A stretch of 63,090 bases of DNA, filler included, from Cercozoa sp. M6MM (Eukaryota > Protista > Endomyxa: Ascetosporea): NCBI GenBank assembly GCA_040357565.1. It is 12 parts of 12 records of this genome, joined end to end, with 100 filler letters (N's around TTAATTAATTAA, not from the genome) between each part and the next. Parts side by side here need not be neighbours in the genome. Positions count along the whole stretch, not along the records: positions 1 to 8,919 come from JBDODJ010000504.1; positions 9,020 to 12,335 come from JBDODJ010001504.1; positions 12,436 to 21,435 come from JBDODJ010000498.1; 9 more parts are not named here. One strand, 5' to 3'. Shown one piece after another: positions 1 to 17,809 of the stretch (positions are counted from its first letter, which is position 1; each line of letters opens with the position of its first letter). The translations under genes were made by a program, and so were the position numbers. The notes under the pieces are model-generated. The model was not told the DNA's origin. It did not search any database and was given only the letters and a program-made list of their open reading frames with translations.

Positions 1-3150
<3,150 letters not shown>

Positions 3151-3366
3151 ACGCACGCAGTTTGTGACCCTTTGGCACAACCCCAAAGTTCAGGTACGAT
3201 GATGAGTGGTCACGCAAACATGTGCAGGACTGATCACGCAGCCAATCATGATCTCCTCACCACCCAATAGTATTTTCGTTGAAATACAGTTTTGTAGAGG
3301 CACAGACTACTAAGAATAACTTATATACATTTAATTTAAGGTCTCTCGCTTTTTGATTTATTTGCG

Positions 3367-4050
3367 CTACGGTGCTCGTGTCGCAAGCAGCAACGCGACA
3401 AGACAGACAACGAGTGGTGTTGTACCAATCGCCGGAGCGGAGTTGGGTTTCGTGGTGTCGCCAGGCGGCGGTGCTGGAGCAGCGCCGGTGCCGGCAGGGT
3501 CGGCTTCTACCGGCTTAGCCGTTAATGATGGAGAGAGTTTCTTTCCTTCGGTTCCTTCCTGCCCTAGCGACTCGGGAATGGATTGAGTGCTTTACAAGTT
3601 CTGTACGCTTGCGCAACAACTCGTTCCCTTCCTTCTCTTGTCCTGATTGCAAATACTACTGTATCGTATTTACAGTCCTCAATACTATATAAATTTACAG
3701 TATACTCAAAGTAATCTTACGCTTAATAAAGTCTGTCAGTTTTTCTGTTGCTGAAGCTATCTCTTGTTGAGCTACAGCGTCATAGAAATTTACGATACAC
3801 ATTTAGATGATGACGGTAAATTTACCTAAATTACTATCAAATCAGCCAGCAAGCTCCGATACTCGTCTCTGCTAGCTTTCTCGCCCATCACGGTGTCGGC
3901 GACTGCACGTAGGTCAACAGACAGACGCGGTGCATCGAAACTCACCGACAGGTCCTTCGCATCGACGTCGGCAGTGATAGCCGGACATATTGACGCCGCA
4001 ATGGTCAGTTGTAGCACAAGCAGTAACCAGACTGAGAGTTTCACTGTCAT
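3367..4050 (-). CDS. Small secreted, probably GPI-anchored surface protein
   Basis: Signal peptide MTVKLSVWLLLVLQLTIAASIC, helical middle (QQEIASATEKLTDFIKRQEKEGNELLRKRTEL), Pro/Ala linker, and C-terminus NSAPAIGTTPLVVCLVALLLATRAP* typical of a GPI signal. Confidence 0.65.
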
Positions 4051-4269
4051 CCTCGTCGCAGCACTATACAGGCTCTGGCAACTACAAAAGAAAGCGATTA
4101 AAGGGGAGCACGCGCTTGCTCGCACGCTCGAAAGGCGTTCGGATTTTCGGAACTCCCTGACGCTAACTCGGAACTGCGAAGTCAGTTCTTTCAGGGGCAA
4201 TCGATTTGAATTAAATTGTCTGAACAGTTTAATTCGTGATAGTTGCACCACGCGAAAACAGGACTGGAC

Positions 4270-8445
<4,176 letters not shown>

Positions 8446-8597
8446 GTCTAATCTTCTAAGTTCTTGAGAATGACTTGACAGTTTATTTTTTACTGTATCC
8501 CACTGCCATCTTTCGTAATTGCGTTAAGCAAACCTGGTGAAGGTACAAAACGAAAACGAAGGTCACGAAAGTCACCACTATCGTATGAAACGAAAGA

Positions 8598-8826
8598 TTA
8601 GTTCAGGGCCAGGACAGCGGCGACGCCGAAGGCGAACGTGGCCGACACCGAGGCAGCCGAAGAGCACGGACGGATCGTGCGCTTCTTGATCTCGGCGCAC
8701 ACCGTCGGGCTGTCATTAACCTTGCAGTAGGCGTCGTTGCGCTTCTTTTCGGTTTCCATTCCATGCTGCTCCGCCGCGAAGGCCGCGTCGATGACGTGGC
8801 AGCCTCTCGGGACGAGCTCGCCCACC
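8598..8826 (-). CDS. Last exon of a Cys-containing, probably GPI-anchored protein (5' part lost at the contig end)
   Basis: CAG acceptor, then VGELVPRGCH...CSSAASVSATFAFGVAAVLALN*: small-residue omega region plus hydrophobic tail. Confidence 0.55.
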
Positions 8827-8861
8827 TGTCCAAAAAGTGTGTGTGTGTGTATGTATGTATG

Positions 8862-8919
<58 letters not shown>

Positions 8920-8963
8920 NNNNNNNNNNNNNNNNNNNNNNNNNNNNNNNNNNNNNNNNNNNN

Positions 8964-8975
8964 TTAATTAATTAA
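8964..8975. other. Artificial contig linker TTAATTAATTAA flanked by N runs (stops in all six frames)
   Basis: Identical 12-mer between N blocks at 8964, 12380, 21480, 25560, 28424, 33180, 34731, 39191, 55164, 57467 and 61933. Confidence 0.97.
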
Positions 8976-9039
8976 NNNNNNNNNNNNNNNNNNNNNNNNN
9001 NNNNNNNNNNNNNNNNNNNGGGGGGGGGGTAAAAGGTAG

Positions 9040-9286
9040 GAGAACATGACAGGAGGACAGAGTGGCACCTCCTCGAAGGCCTCGTCGACGTCGAAGCAGT
9101 CCCACTTGGAGCCGGCCTCGATGCGCTCGGCAAAGTACTCGCTCTGCTTGTACTCGGGCAGCTCGAGGTCCTCCTGCAGCGACTCGGCCTTGTGCTTCTG
9201 GTCACGCAGCTGCCGCGCCGCTTTACGCATATGCTCCATTTGCTAAACAGACAGGCACACACATATTCATGCACACACATATTCAT

Positions 9287-9352
<66 letters not shown>

Positions 9353-10400
9353 GACAAGTGTACCTCCGGACGCGGGTACATGGGCAGACGTGCGCCGTCA
9401 AAGTGGAACTTGCCGTTACGCTCGTCCTGCGCACCCAAACAATCAGTACAGGATTTAAAAAAACCGGAAGGGGGGGTTAACAAGTTTACATCAATCACGG
9501 CCTCGAGTTGATCGGCGTAGCCACCTATAGGACAGAGGAAGTATCAGACCATAGGTCAAGGGCAGAAGAGGAGAAGAGGAGTACCCATGGTGGCGTTCTG
9601 ATGCTGGTCTCGCTCCTGCAGACCCTCGACGCCTAAGCATAAGGAGGGAATAACGGGAAGTAACACGGAGGGAATAACGGGGGGAGGGGAGATAATAGTA
9701 AGGGGCAAGACACACCAAGCACATGACGCAGACCGGGTTTATGAACCGCGTGCACCGTCTGCGGCTTGTAGCGACGCATGAGTCGCGCGAACTCCGGGTG
9801 GTCCTGCTCACGGGATGAGGGGGTAACACAGAGCCTAGGTGTGTAGATATCGATACAAGGTTGGGCCGTCCACTTTCGTCGAACTTGGACCGCGCCTTGA
9901 GTGTCTATGAGACAAGAGAAGAATGATACAGCACAACCACACAGATATACAGACGGATGCTGTCCTACCTTGTCTCGCGCTTCGGCCTCGCGCTCCTGCA
10001 CAGGCATTGGAACAGTTAAAGCACCCTTCAGACACTACAAAAGCTGCTACCTGCAGTGGCCGGCGATCGAAGGCATCGCGCAACGATTCGTCCATCTCGT
10101 TCCAGTACTACGGCAAGTGTATACAGAGAGGGATACCCAAGGACGCGAGTCCACACGTACCTTGTCCTGCACGCGGCCTGCATTGGCCAGGATCTGCTGC
10201 TGCTCCGGCACGGAGAGTTTGCTCACTAGGCGGCGACCCGCGCACCGCACCGCCTATGAGATAAAGACATCGGAAGGCCAAACAGTCATAGATCTCCAGC
10301 AGCCAATAATCACGCAGAAAACAAAACGATTCACGCTCTGCTGCGCACAGGTCAAACATGGCACAGCTTACTCGCATACTATGCCGTGCTGTGTTGAAAC
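9040..10400 (-). CDS. Multi-exon hypothetical protein, truncated at the linker, divergent from EFL1
   Basis: GC-rich, coding-like exons (MEHMRKAARQLRDQKHKAESLQEDLELPEYKQSEYFAERIE; EQDHPEFARLMRRYKPQ; YWNEMDESLRDAFDRRPLQ) separated by GT-AG introns. Confidence 0.55.
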
Positions 10401-10544
10401 GCCGTGCACTCACACCGTACACCTTGCGGCACACACAGTCACCGGGGGGGTTTGAATCCCCCTTAATCACAATTTTCTGCAGTATAGCACAGGATTTCGC
10501 GAGGTTTAGACGTGTGTGACTACTGTAAACTATCTTTTTCTTGT

Positions 10545-12335
10545 ATGGCGAACCTGCTAAGCAACGAGGAGCTGGAGCTGCTCCAGCGGCAAACGTAATC
10601 CAATCCAATATTATTCGGAGAAGACTTGACTTTTCCATTCTCCTACCTCTCTGAGTAGACAGCAGATTCGCAACGTCTGCGTTCTCGCGCATGTGGTACT
10701 TTGAGACCATAGCGATGAGTATCGCTAGAGGACGGTGATTGTGCGTGCAGGACCATGGCAAGACGACGCTGAGTGACTCTTTGGTGGCCTCGAACGCCAT
10801 CATTTCGCGCAAGCTTGCCGGCCAGTTGCGCTACCTAGTACACCCTTCTTTGACTTTCTAGCTCTACCTCTGTACCCCTTGGGCATCTGTAGGACTCACG
10901 TGCCGACGAGCAGGAGCGTCTGATCACGATGAAGTCGTCGGCCATCTCGCTGCTCTTCCGCGACACAGTTTCCGTTAGCTGCATTTAACCCTGTACTTTC
11001 CTCTGCTCTTACTCCTCTTTATGCCTTTGCCACGACAGACTCGAGAGGACGAAGAGGAGGGCAAGCGGCGTCTGCCGTATCTCGTGAATCTTATCGACTC
11101 GCCCGGGCATGTCGACTTCTCTGGTAGCTGTCACCCGGCCCCCTTGCCCCCTTACCCCCTTACCCCTCACCCCCTCTTGTCCCCTTGTTCCCTTACCCCT
11201 CCCCCTTTACCCAACAGGCGAAGTGTCGGCAGCCGTGCGACTGAGCGACGGCGCCCTCCTGGTCGTCGATGTCGTTGAGGGAGGTATGTGCGCTAGATGA
11301 GCTGAGACATAGACATGCTCTGTTTTTTTTTAAATCAGTGTGCGTGCAAACATTGGCCACGCTGCGACAAGCGTTCAGAGAAGGCGGTGCGTGCTTACTT
11401 TTTTAACCCCCATTCTTACCATTTTACTCCCTCACTCCATTCTACTTCCACAGTGAGAATCGTCCTTGTGCTCAACAAGCTGGATCGCCTGTGGAGTCTG
11501 GTGATTTTCTGATCCCCATTTACCCCACCCTTTACCCCCAGTCCCCGTTTCCTTCCACGTGTGTCTGTGTTGAAGCAGAACATGGACGTTCAAGCTGTCG
11601 CCGAGCACTTGCGCGATCTCGTGCGTGCTCTTTACCTAAACCTAGACCCTCTTTGACCCCCCCCCCCCTCCCCTGTATAGGTCGGGCAGATCAATGCCGC
11701 GATTGCTGCGCTGGTTTCCGAGTCACTCCGTACGTTTCAATGATGCTTTACCCCTCCCCCCACACCACCACCACCTTACCATGTGACCGCGCTTTGCCCG
11801 CTTTTCTTAGAGGATGACATCGAGGACATGGACACGCTGCTGTCCACGTGGCAGGTGTCTCCTGAGCGAGGCACTGGTATTCTCCTGTTGCGCCTTTACC
11901 CCCCCCCCCCCCCCGTTACCCCCTTGTGTTGGCAGTGGTTTTTGCGAGTGCGCGTGATGGCTGGGTACTATCACTTCCTTCTTTTACTCCTCGCAAATCG
12001 TCAGTCTGAGTGTGTAGGCCTTCTCCATTCCTCAAATGGCTGCGTTTTTCTCCGAGCGACTTGGTACATCCGGTCCTTATTCCAACCCCATTTACCCCCC
12101 CCCCTTTTATTCATCTTTCCTGTAACGAATAGGCATGAAAAAAGACGCGCTGCAGCAGGTGCTGTTCGGTCGTTTCTACTACAGCAAGAAGCACAATACG
12201 GTGACACGTCGACCCAAGTAGCTTACCTCTTGCTGTCCCTTTTACTCCCCCTTGCTCTCTGTTACCCCCCTTGGACCCAGGAGCAAGATGGCCTGCACAC
12301 TATTTGAGCAGCTCGTGCTGAGCAACCTGCGACAA
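10545..12335 (+). CDS. EFL1: Elongation factor-like GTPase 1 (EFL1/Ria1), N-terminal G domain, truncated at the gap
   Basis: Spliced translation [10 protein letters not shown]|[29 protein letters not shown]|[20 protein letters not shown]...[15 protein letters not shown]|[22 protein letters not shown]|V...[10 protein letters not shown]. The SN.IIS.KLAG.LRYL motif is EFL1-type rather than EF2-type. Confidence 0.93.
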
Positions 12336-12905
12336 NNNNNNNNNNNNNNNNNNNNNNNNNNNNNNNNNNNNNNNNNNNNTTAATTAATTAANNNNNNNNN
12401 NNNNNNNNNNNNNNNNNNNNNNNNNNNNNNNNNNNGCCCCCCCCCCCAATATGTCTGTTTTGCAGAGGAACACCGTTGGCAGAGCGAGCAATTCCGTGAC
12501 TTCCCTCACTTTGACTAAAAATGGTCGCCAGGTTTTCTACTGTTCGCAAATTCACACCGCACGGTCGTATCATCGATGAGTTTAGATCGAATTGACTTTG
12601 CTCGGTTTCAGTTGATTTATGGTCCCCTATGTCTTCCTCCGTGCTATGCCTAGCAATTTGCCACGCAGAAAAGCGAACTAAGCTGCCGTTTGGCCCAAGG
12701 AGTCGTTGGTCCGTTTTGCTTTTTATTTTTGCTCTTAATTCTTGGACCGTCCCTCGAAAAAATAATAAACGTCAGCACACGCAAATTACAGCCCTCCGGA
12801 GAGCGTGGAGGCTTTACCCAGTACTACAGGTACATTTTTCACCGCCGAAGCAGGGATCGCAGGGTTTTGCAGCACGGTCTGCCTTGTCCGATCGAGTCAA
12901 CAAAA

Positions 12906-14527
12906 ATGGTCTCCTTGCAAGTCGTCGAAGAACTGGTCTCTCGCTTTTCACTGAGCCAGCGCCTGCTGCGAACTCCGGAACTTGTATAATTTTGTAGATC
13001 GACACTTTGAGTCCAGAGGATCGCCAGGTGTTGCTGCAGCGTCTTTTGGCGCGCCATGGCGCCGGAGCAGAACAAGGCCCATCGGCGCATTTGACGAAGC
13101 CGGCTTCTGCACAACGCCGTGTTCCGTCTCCGCGTGCCGAAATCGAAGACATCACGGCTGACGAACTCATGCACGAGGCGGAATTCGAAGCACACGAGCA
13201 TCCTGAGGTAACCTGCTGTTTTGCCGCTTCACCAGTTTAGCTGGATTATGACTCGTTCTGGCAGGCTTATGAATTTGTGGACAAGCACGACGGAAAGCCA
13301 CCGCACTTTGAAAAGAAAACGGTGTTTATTCAAACTGAACATGTGAGCAGGATGGAAGTTTCTTTTTGGTTATGCACAGATTCCGGCCGACATTCCTGTC
13401 GAGGCCGTTGGTCTGTATCTGCCTATCGACGAAGATCCGGACGAAGCGATGCAGTGTGTTATATCTGTGCAACTGTCTTTGACTATCTTTCATTGCTTTC
13501 TGCAGAAAGGCGGAGCATTTACGTGAGGAAGCTCACAAGCGGCATGAACTCGCTGTTGAGCGGCACCGCATGGAGCAGGAGGTTTCTCGACCCGCAGCTT
13601 GTCTTTCTGGTAGTTGATTTGAATTTCTGACTGCAGATGGAGCGCAAGAAGCAAGAACTCGCCAAGAAACAGCGCGCGTTTGAGGAACAGCAACGTCTGC
13701 ACAAGGAGCAGATGGCGAAACTTGCCAAGGAGGTGTTTATGCTGAACTTCCGGGCTTTCGGGCTGTGAAAAAACTTCTGAATATTGTGAAACGTGCTTTT
13801 GACAGAAGCAAGAGAAGGAACGCGAAGAAGAACGCCGACGTCAGTTCGAAGAGTACGAAAAACAACGCGCCTTGGCGGCAAAGGTTTCCCTTTGTTCCAA
13901 CCTTGGTTCAACTGGTTTAACTAAAGCTAAACGAAAGCAGCGACGACGCCAACTCGAGGAGCAGTATCAGCCGCAGCAGCCGCGTGTCTATGTCGAGGAG
14001 CTTTCGGTGCCTTCGTTTGAGTATATGTGTTATTCTGCAATGTAAAGTTGTTTGTATTGGGTTGATTGGACAGGACGCGGTCGTGGTGCACGCGCAGATG
14101 CCGCGTCAGTGGCTGCCGCACCTGCGAGTGACGCGACAGGGACAGGACCTGGTGCTGACGGCCGCTCCGTTCGACTGGCAGCAGTCGGCAGCACTGCCGC
14201 GCTACTGTGACCTCGAACGCGCCTACACCACGCTTGTACACCTGTCGTTAAGTTCATATGATTGGACTAACACGTGCATTCACTCACACATGTACAAATT
14301 CTGCAGAATGAGCGACAGCAGGAGTTGCGCATTGTAGTGCCGTTCCGCGTGCGCCGACAGGTAGTGCGAATGCATATGCTTCCTATGTGGTTGCCTCCTG
14401 GAGGGCACGTGGGTGTCTGTGTGAACAGATCCGCACGGGCATGCAAACGCCACGTGCTCGTCCTGCACGCCGCTCGCGCCGCCGCCCGATGTACACGGCC
14501 GACCCGTTCAGTTTCTTTGGCTGGTGA
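12906..14527 (+). CDS. Coiled-coil protein with C-terminal HSP20/alpha-crystallin-like domain
   Basis: E/K/Q/R-rich helical exons, then DAVVVHAQMPRQWLPHLRVTRQGQDLVLTAAPFDWQQSAALPRYCDLERAYTTL|NERQQELRIVVP, which follows the ACD beta-sandwich pattern. Confidence 0.65.
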
Positions 14528-14712
14528 GTTGGCTGGTGAGTTGGGATTGCACGCGAAGGACTCGTTGTACCGTACGTACTTATGGTGTACGTTACCGATC
14601 CATCATGCTGGCGTGGGGTAATTTACTGACAAATTAAACATCGGAAGAAACAAGGTGGTACGGTAGATTATTGCCAACCGAACTATCACAGTACGGTACC
14701 ACGGTATGTACG

Positions 14713-15300
14713 GTAGTTAGGTAGTTAGTTCAGTCTACTAAGAAACCAAAAGTATGGCGGCGCGGGTTTTCGAGGCAAAATCAGGGGGGTTCGGTTTTGC
14801 TTCGAAAACCCCGCCATACCCGACCATACCCGAATCCGACAAGTAACCCACCGCCCGCTTGGGATGGGCCATCCAACTCCCCTTTTGAAGTTCCGCAGGA
14901 CATCCTCTTCAAGCTTGGGACAGGTGGCGGGCTGTGAGTAGGAGAAGTTCGTCGGCATCGGCCTCTCGCTGTCGTCTGTCGAATGACTTGAAGTCGCCTC
15001 GTCGCCTGTCATTCCCCCTCACCTATTATGACACGCACAGATAAACATAGAAATTGGGCCCGGTGGACCAGGCTATATCGCAGCTGGCTTTCTCGTCCAC
15101 ACCACACTCGCGATGACATGCAAGTGCTACAAGTTGCCGATGACTCTGGTTTGCTTGTCTTGGTTCGATTGCGCGCTACTCAGTTGTCTTGGTGTGCCAT
15201 CAGTTCCTTTGACTCACATTTTAGCGCGTTCTTGTAGTGAGCTGCACTTGTCTGAGTTGTTTAGCTGTACTTGGGTCTGGGGGGCCACGTTTAAGCCACT
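14713..15300 (-). mobile_element. Degenerate 3' fragment of a non-LTR retrotransposon related to the element at 57523-58927
   Basis: The reverse complement aligns with 58600-58927: shared TCAAAAGGGGAGTTG (14874-14888 vs 58795-58809), AGCCCGCYACCTG, AAGCGGGCGGTRG, and terminal TTGGTTTC-N4-WAGACTSAACTA with an NCTA tail. The 5' limit is approximate. Confidence 0.8.
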
Positions 15301-15364
15301 TTAATGATCTCAATGAACTAGGCTGGCACCGATACCGTCAGGCGGGTGACAGCATGCGCGCACT

Positions 15365-17359
15365 TCAATGGTAGATTAGTGCAGACACACGGTGGCAACC
15401 ACGAGTCGTCCAGTGGCAAAAAGCACGTGTAGCACCGCTTCTATTTTTCGTCAGAAAGCACAAACACAGATACACGAGATCGAAGAGAAGAATTCGAAGG
15501 TGTACTGGTACCGTTGGAACGGAGTGCGCGAGTGAGGCACATGCCGCGAATCGGGTCGACAAAGCTGTCATCATCGTCGTTCGCATCGCGAGCACTTTGC
15601 GGCACCAATGCGATCTGACAGAAGCGATGGGTGCCGATGGGACTGTGTCGGGACACGGTATCAGTGTCTCGATTGACCGGGTCGTTGGCACTCTCGGAGG
15701 TGAAATGTTCCGGCACGTGCAGAACAGTGACTTGCGAGGACGCCGATCCGGCAACAAAGGCCAGAGTGACAGGACGGTTGTTGGCTCCGCTGAGAGTGAC
15801 GCTTTCGCAGAACAAGAGACGGTGCAGTGGTCGCAACTGAGTCGACCACGTGCGACTTTCGACACCGACAGTCAGACGCTGTATTTCTTCGTTATTGCCA
15901 CTGTACAGCACGTGCACCTTCCGTTGCGTTGTCTAAGCAGTTGTACAAATCACTAAACCTACAAGAACAACAGAATAAATCTTAAGGAATTAAAGTACAA
16001 ACAACAGTCGCTGCTGAGGTAACACGCGCACACTCCAACCCCAGTGTTGCGTCGGTGCAAGGTCACCACTCGGCTCACTATCCGCTTCGTCCTGATCTGA
16101 CTCACTCGACTCTGTCACTGTTGACCCGTGCAACCGTCCCCATTGCCATGTGCCAGCAATCGACACCGACGCACTCGTTTCGTTTCTGCAATTCTCAAAT
16201 AACGTCAGTTGTATTTTTTAAGCCACAAGCAGCGAAAGCGCACAACATGTCGACGGAAGGAACGTTGTGACGGTGCCGATAGGCCACTTGCGATCGCACA
16301 TGTCTCAGACCCTAAGGTTTCTTTTTGACTCGGTTGCGAAAATACTGCAAACACGCTTGTTTGCTCGATACCTTGTCCCAGGCGAATTCGAGGCCTGCGA
16401 AACCAAGTTCAACTAAAAGTAACAAACTGACAAAGTCAATTGGTACGAGTCACAACGTGTGCGTTGCTGCCAACCAGAATCGTGTGCCCAGACAGGGCAA
16501 TACTCCATGCAGATGGGTCATCTGCGTCGTCCGCGTGGACGCAGACAGTCAGAAACTAAAAAGTAAAAAATCGAACTCGACTTGAATAAAGCAGTGAAAA
16601 GGTACCTCGGGAAGCACTGTGACGTTGTCTGCTTGAGGCTGTTGGTCCAGCAGAATGTCTTCGCACAGTTCAGTGTCGCCGTCATTGTCACCGTCATTGA
16701 CTGAGCGATCACCGTCACTAGCCCTGCGATCAGCGTCATCGGCTGCACTACCGACTGGAGCGACATCGCTTCGACTGCTTGGCAAGCGATCGACCACGCG
16801 AACGAAACCATCATCGCAAGCACAGACCAAAACCGTCACTGATCGAATGGAACCGTCACTTTCTGGAACCTCCAGAACTCCCTGAACAGAGGAAATAAAG
16901 GAGGAGCAAAACGGGAAAAAAAGCAAAATACCGCTCGAATCGCGTTGATTTGCGCTTGGCGTCCGAAGTCGCTGCCAATCACGACTGGCGTTTCTTCGGC
17001 GATTCCTCGACCGTCCGTGCGGAAGTACAGCACTGACACAAGACTTCGGTCAATTTGGCCGTCACTCAAGAAAAGAAAAAACTCACGTCGCGAGTGCGAG
17101 GCAATCACAATGTACTTTCGCCAGAGAGCGATTAGATTCATTCTCTGCCCCAACAATGCGTTTCTTCTCCTGCTTCTGCTTTTAATGATAGAGTACCCAG
17201 TGAGCGAGCGGAGCTACGCCGAAAAACGCCAGCTATTGCACAAAGCGTGTCAGAAACGACTCTACAACAATCACAAAGCGCAAAAACCTCAGCAAATCGG
17301 CCCGCGACAAGACGCAGGTTGCAGTCCATTTCACGCACGCTAACGCGCATGGCTGACAC
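15365..17359 (-). CDS. CRT10-like WD40/beta-propeller protein
   Basis: Ordered motifs NLIALWRKYIVIAS, QINAIR, VLVCACDDGFV, SAWSIALSGHTILVGSNAHVVT, HRHNVPSVD, WGWSVR resemble the fungal Crt10 family pattern (CDDG, SAWG..SN.H, HNIP.V, GW.V). Confidence 0.6.
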
Positions 17360-17809
17360 TTTCCCACGAAATTAACTCTGCTTTCGTACTCGCTTACTCT
17401 AGTTTCGCCTGCTGAAAAACGTGTTTCGGTCAGTTTGTATTTCAGTTGTTCGTTGATTATTTGGTACAGTAACTGCGAACTTCGGTGTAAAAACGGCAAG
17501 CGCTTGAAGAAACCCGATGTTTAAGCTGCAGGCTTCACTTGGATAAAGAGCAACTGTTAAAGCAAGAAAGGTTTGAGCTTCATCGAGCTGGGAATCGAAA
17601 AACGGGCACGTTTCGAGCCGGAGTTGGAGAAGAACTGAATGCGGATCGTTGCAGCAGCTTTGCTGCTCAGCATCGTAACGAGCGCCAATGCGTTGTACGG
17701 GGCCTACGATGGCGGAAGATTCAAGAAACCAATCCAGCAGTTCGCTTTAGATTCATTCCAGTTATTCCATCTGTGACATTCAGCGTTCATTCACCGTGTG
17801 ATTGACTCA

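Noticed and set aside
8920-9019. Recurrent palindromic TTAATTAATTAA as a biological repeat or recombination site
   Set aside because: It is always embedded in fixed-length N runs and places stops in all six frames, so it is an assembly/concatenation linker.
14725-15012. Minus-strand 95-aa ORF MTGDEATSS...
   Set aside because: It coincides with the retroelement 3' UTR homology, where conservation follows RNA pairing and includes indels rather than codon structure.
15597-15956. Plus-strand 119-aa ORF
   Set aside because: Antisense shadow of a long exon of the CRT10-like gene.
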